From NCBI GenBank assembly GCA_051745635.1, contig JBNJEH010000003.1, forward strand, positions 19,945 through 83,944: DNA of 64,000 nt, written 5' to 3'. Position numbers and translations under genes: made by a program. The notes beneath the pieces were generated by a model that made no database searches, was not told where the DNA came from, and saw nothing but the letters and a program-made list of their open reading frames with translations. Source of the stretch: Bacteroidota bacterium (GTDB taxonomy: Bacteria > Bacteroidota > Bacteroidia > Flavobacteriales_D > Crocinitomicaceae). Positions 60,773-64,000 of this stretch are shown here, piece after piece. The stretch's first letter is position 1. Every line of letters begins with the position of its first letter.

Positions 60773-61537
60773 TCAATCTACTTTTTTTAATGTTAAACTA
60801 CCTTCACGCGATTCTAATATGAGCTTATTTTCTTTGAAAAAATAGTGCACCGATTGATTCCGCAACACAGATAAAATTGTTTTTTCGATATCGGAAGTTT
60901 CGGCACAATACATTTTCGTAGCACCCAGCGGATCCGCCGTAAACGTGTTGTAGGAGAATTGAACGGGCGCCGTCACTTGATTGCAACCTGCAAACCCACT
61001 CAACGATTTTTCTTTTAAATTAATCTCAAAATGAGGAATATCTTTCGGAAATTTTTCGGGGTTTAGCGCTTTGTTATTGATCGCTTCAACAGCCCAGATA
61101 TCGTGCAGTTTGGGATTGCCTCTGTAAAATCCGCACCCCGCGAAGTTCTCGCCTTCTTTTTCTTTTTCCGGCCGAATGAGTACATCTACTTTTTTTCCGT
61201 TCTTCTGACAATCGACAATATCGATACTTACGCGCACGTACAAGTCAGAATTAGAAGCAAAAATGGAAACGACATCGGCACCCTGCGCCACATGGGTTTC
61301 CTGTATTTCTCCTTTGAATTGAATCCCTTCCGGAGTACTGAAATAAAGTGTTTCGTCCCATTGAATGGACAATTTCCACGATGCATCCGTGCCTTTTGCA
61401 TGAAAATCAACTAAATTCCTCGAGGGATGTTCGATTTCTTTGTCTGATAGATCTTCCATTGAAGTATTTTTTGAATTACTGCACGCCATCATAAATACTG
61501 ACAGCATCACAACAATAATTCGCGAATAATTTCTCAT
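60773..61537 (-). CDS. META (HslJ-like) domain lipoprotein
   Basis: Lipobox MMAC; LHDIWAVEAIN, LSGFAGCNQ, ATKMYC. Confidence 0.85.
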   Translation of the reverse strand: MRNYSRIIVVMLSVFMMACSNSKNTSMEDLSDKEIEHPSRNLVDFHAKGTDASWKLSIQWDETLYFSTPEGIQFKGEIQETHVAQGADVVSIFASNSDLYVRVSIDIVDCQKNGKKVDVLIRPEKEKEGENFAGCGFYRGNPKLHDIWAVEAINNKALNPEKFPKDIPHFEINLKEKSLSGFAGCNQVTAPVQFSYNTFTADPLGATKMYCAETSDIEKTILSVLRNQSVHYFFKENKLILESREGSLTLKKVD

Positions 61538-61578
61538 GTTCTTTTATTTATTGTGTTACTTACTTCTGTTCGATGCTC

Positions 61579-62586
61579 TTAAATGTAGTTGTTTTTATCG
61601 AGATTGAGCCATTCTAATGTGGAATTTGCAAATATATTTTCGACAGTAGTGGCTGATAAATCGCTTTCTTCAATGAATTGACCGATCGTTAGATCACCGA
61701 GGGGAAAGGGATAGTCAGAACCGAGGCAGACCCTGTTGCTTCCCTGTGCGTTTAAAATATACTTTAACATGTCGATATCGTGCGTTATGCAATCGACCCA
61801 GAATTTGCCGAGATAATTGCGCGGATTCACATCATTATCCACAGCGACGAGATCAGGTCTGCAATTAAATCCGTGTTCTATACGACCGATCGTAGGGATA
61901 AATGATCCCCCCGCATGTGAAAAACAAACCCGCAAGTTCGGCAGTCGTTCCAATGTCCCGCTAAAAATGAGTGAACAAGCCGCACGCGAAGTTTCTGCAG
62001 GCATTCCAACCAACCAGGGTAGCCAATATTTGCGCATGTCGTCAAAGCCCATCATTTGCCAGGGATGAATCATTACGGCCATTCCCAGTCGTTCACATGC
62101 ATCGAAAATCGGAAAGAACCGCTCCTCGCTTAAATTCTCATTGTTGATATTGGAACCAATCTGTACGCCGACCATTCCCAATTTGTGAATGCGTTCGAGT
62201 TCGCGAATAGCCAAATCAGTATCCTGCATTGGAATAGTGCCCAAACCGATATAGTTTTTGGGGTAGCGCTGCATTAAATCGATGATGTGGTCGTTTAAAA
62301 ACTGACTGACTTCGAGGCCATGTTGCGGTTTTGCCCAATAACTGAACATTACAGGAATGGTACAAACGACTTGAACTTGAGTGTTGTGTTGTGAATACTC
62401 ATTGATGCGCACTTGTTCATCCCAGCAGTTTTCTTTTATAGTTCTAAAGTATTGACCACCTTGCATCATATCGGCTGATACTTCATCTTTTTCTTCAAGA
62501 AAAATAAAATCTCCATAACCGAACTTTTTTGTCCAGTCTGGTAACTTTTTAGGTATGATGTGCGTGTGCATGTCTATCTTGAGCAT
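61579..62586 (-). CDS. Amidohydrolase, 2-amino-3-carboxymuconate-6-semialdehyde decarboxylase (ACMSD)-like
   Basis: KIDMHTHIIP, QVVCTIPVMFSYWAK, VMIHPWQM, WLVGMPAETS, HAGGSF, LGSDYPFPLG. Confidence 0.88.
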   Translation of the reverse strand: MLKIDMHTHIIPKKLPDWTKKFGYGDFIFLEEKDEVSADMMQGGQYFRTIKENCWDEQVRINEYSQHNTQVQVVCTIPVMFSYWAKPQHGLEVSQFLNDHIIDLMQRYPKNYIGLGTIPMQDTDLAIRELERIHKLGMVGVQIGSNINNENLSEERFFPIFDACERLGMAVMIHPWQMMGFDDMRKYWLPWLVGMPAETSRAACSLIFSGTLERLPNLRVCFSHAGGSFIPTIGRIEHGFNCRPDLVAVDNDVNPRNYLGKFWVDCITHDIDMLKYILNAQGSNRVCLGSDYPFPLGDLTIGQFIEESDLSATTVENIFANSTLEWLNLDKNNYI

Positions 62587-62780
62587 AAACCGTCGTTTTT
62601 AAGTTTGTGGCGTGAAAATATAAATTTTTGTTGAATTATTTGTTAATCGTGGAACTGACAATAGATGACAGGGAGGACTTTGCTGATAAACTTATCGCCC
62701 TATGATTTGTACAGGTAGATGTTCATAAAAAAGTTAAGGGAGAGGAAGTAGCAGCACTTTTTTCTCTTAGATTTGTTAGT

Positions 62781-63494
62781 ATGAAGTTTTTAAATGTACT
62801 GATCTTCAGTTCGCTCCTGTTGAGTGCTTGTGGACCGGCGCGCCATGTCGTTCCGCTTGAGCACAAAGAAAATGCTGTAAGCGCCAGTTTTGGAGGTCCG
62901 CTCGTCGATGTTCCCGGAATCACCACACTTCCTTTGCCGTTTACTTCAGTAGGCTATGCGCGCGGATTAACCCCAAACATAACTGTTTCCGGGAATTGGT
63001 ATTCAACCAGTGCACTTTTTGGTGTAGCTCAGTTTGATGCCGGCGCGTCAATACGCATGCTCGAGTCGGTTAATCACCGTCATGGATTTTCCACTTACAT
63101 CGGTTCAAACTTAGCTGTTGACGCAGTTGAAAGTAATAATAAATTGTGGCCTCAACTGGATATGCATTACTACTGGAAATACAGTAAAAAAGAAGAAGTT
63201 CAGTCGGATATGTTCAATAAAAGTAACCGTCCGGTTGCAAACGTCATTTATGCGGGAATAGGAACGTGGTGGGAATTGAGCAGTACAAAAGCGCACGGTC
63301 AGAAACAGGGAGATTTTGTAGTGCCGATGCTGAATATTGGACACAATTTAAACTGGAAGCGGTGGTCGTTCAAAACGGAATTCAAATTGATCGCGCCTTT
63401 TTCGACCAACAATAAACTCGTAGTAGATTACAAAAGTTTTACAGGTGACCGCGGGGCTACGGGGATTTATTTAGGTTTAACCAGAACTTTTTAA
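62781..63494 (+). CDS. Hypothetical outer-membrane lipoprotein
   Basis: Lipobox LSAC, beta-strand-rich, C-terminal GIYLGLTRTF. Confidence 0.7.
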   Translation: MKFLNVLIFSSLLLSACGPARHVVPLEHKENAVSASFGGPLVDVPGITTLPLPFTSVGYARGLTPNITVSGNWYSTSALFGVAQFDAGASIRMLESVNHRHGFSTYIGSNLAVDAVESNNKLWPQLDMHYYWKYSKKEEVQSDMFNKSNRPVANVIYAGIGTWWELSSTKAHGQKQGDFVVPMLNIGHNLNWKRWSFKTEFKLIAPFSTNNKLVVDYKSFTGDRGATGIYLGLTRTF

Positions 63495-63504
63495 ACAGCA
63501 CGTT

Positions 63505-64000
63505 ATGAGATATTTTATACTCTTTATTTTAATAGTTACTTTAATATCGTGCCGCAAGCGACTGGACGGTTTTCTATTTAATAATAGTGAAATTTCAACC
63601 TATGAACTGGATGAATATACGGGAGAAACGAGTTTAACTTTACCCGACGGCTATGAAGTGCCAGCAACGTCTATTTACCAATTTCAATATGCAATTGATG
63701 ACCAGGGCGAAAATTTGTCAATTCAAGCCAGATATGTAGGAGATACATCGACGATTGATCAGGATACGGTTATTCTCTATTGCCATGGGAATCGCGATCA
63801 CATGGATTATTATTGGTCGCGCCAGAAATTGTTGAGCCATATCGGTCAATTCGGACGATATGGTGTATTGATGTTTGACTATCCGGGCTACGGGTTATCC
63901 GAAGGCGAACCAACCGAAGAGAACATGTATGCATCTGCTGCCGGAGCGCTGAAATGGCTGAAGAAGAAAGGCCTGGAGACCGAACGACTCGTGATGTACG
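63505..64000 (+). CDS. Alpha/beta hydrolase lipoprotein, N-terminal part (runs off the window)
   Basis: MRYFILFILIVTLISC lipobox; VILYCHGN, VLMFDYPGYGLSEGEPTE..MY motifs. Not in the supplied ORF track because it has no stop in the window. Confidence 0.85.
   Translation, partial: MRYFILFILIVTLISCRKRLDGFLFNNSEISTYELDEYTGETSLTLPDGYEVPATSIYQFQYAIDDQGENLSIQARYVGDTSTIDQDTVILYCHGNRDHMDYYWSRQKLLSHIGQFGRYGVLMFDYPGYGLSEGEPTEENMYASAAGALKWLKKKGLETERLVMY

Overview
A 64-kb, mostly housekeeping stretch from a Bacteroidota genome. Flavobacteriales, probably Crocinitomicaceae/Cryomorphaceae-like, is inferred from T9SS cargo with type A and B C-terminal domains, a Y_Y_Y-SpoIIE sensor and TAnnTTTG promoters. 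Recognisable genes: priA (3' end), a small arsS / rhodanese / TIGR04282 (arsenosugar-type radical SAM) operon, proC-proB-proA, pheT-bioD-bioA, yidC, pyrG, both methylmalonyl-CoA mutase subunits, a cyclophilin, bshC, a TerB/DnaJ co-chaperone, htpG and an ACMSD-like amidohydrolase. I found no rRNA, tRNA or CRISPR array. The unexplained signal is mostly non-coding. (1) A ~224-bp element occurs twice in inverted orientation (2535-2758 and 51046-51266, roughly 85-88% identical by hand alignment). It combines an AGATGTTAGA-repeat hairpin with a conserved ~64-nt motif that is a candidate structured RNA, and one copy lies directly upstream of arsS. (2) An AT-rich accessory island between bioA and yidC is split into modules by three copies of another repeat. 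The modules hold a TMEM43/DUF1625 homolog, an IS3 remnant truncated exactly at a repeat copy, and an AAA_14-DUF4143 ATPase. (3) An invertible-arm tandem repeat array lies upstream of pyrG. (4) There are several degenerate REP-like hairpins, a small orphan lipoprotein ending in CYYGC, and a sigma54-like promoter in front of htpG. All family assignments come from motif recognition by eye; no database searches were run.
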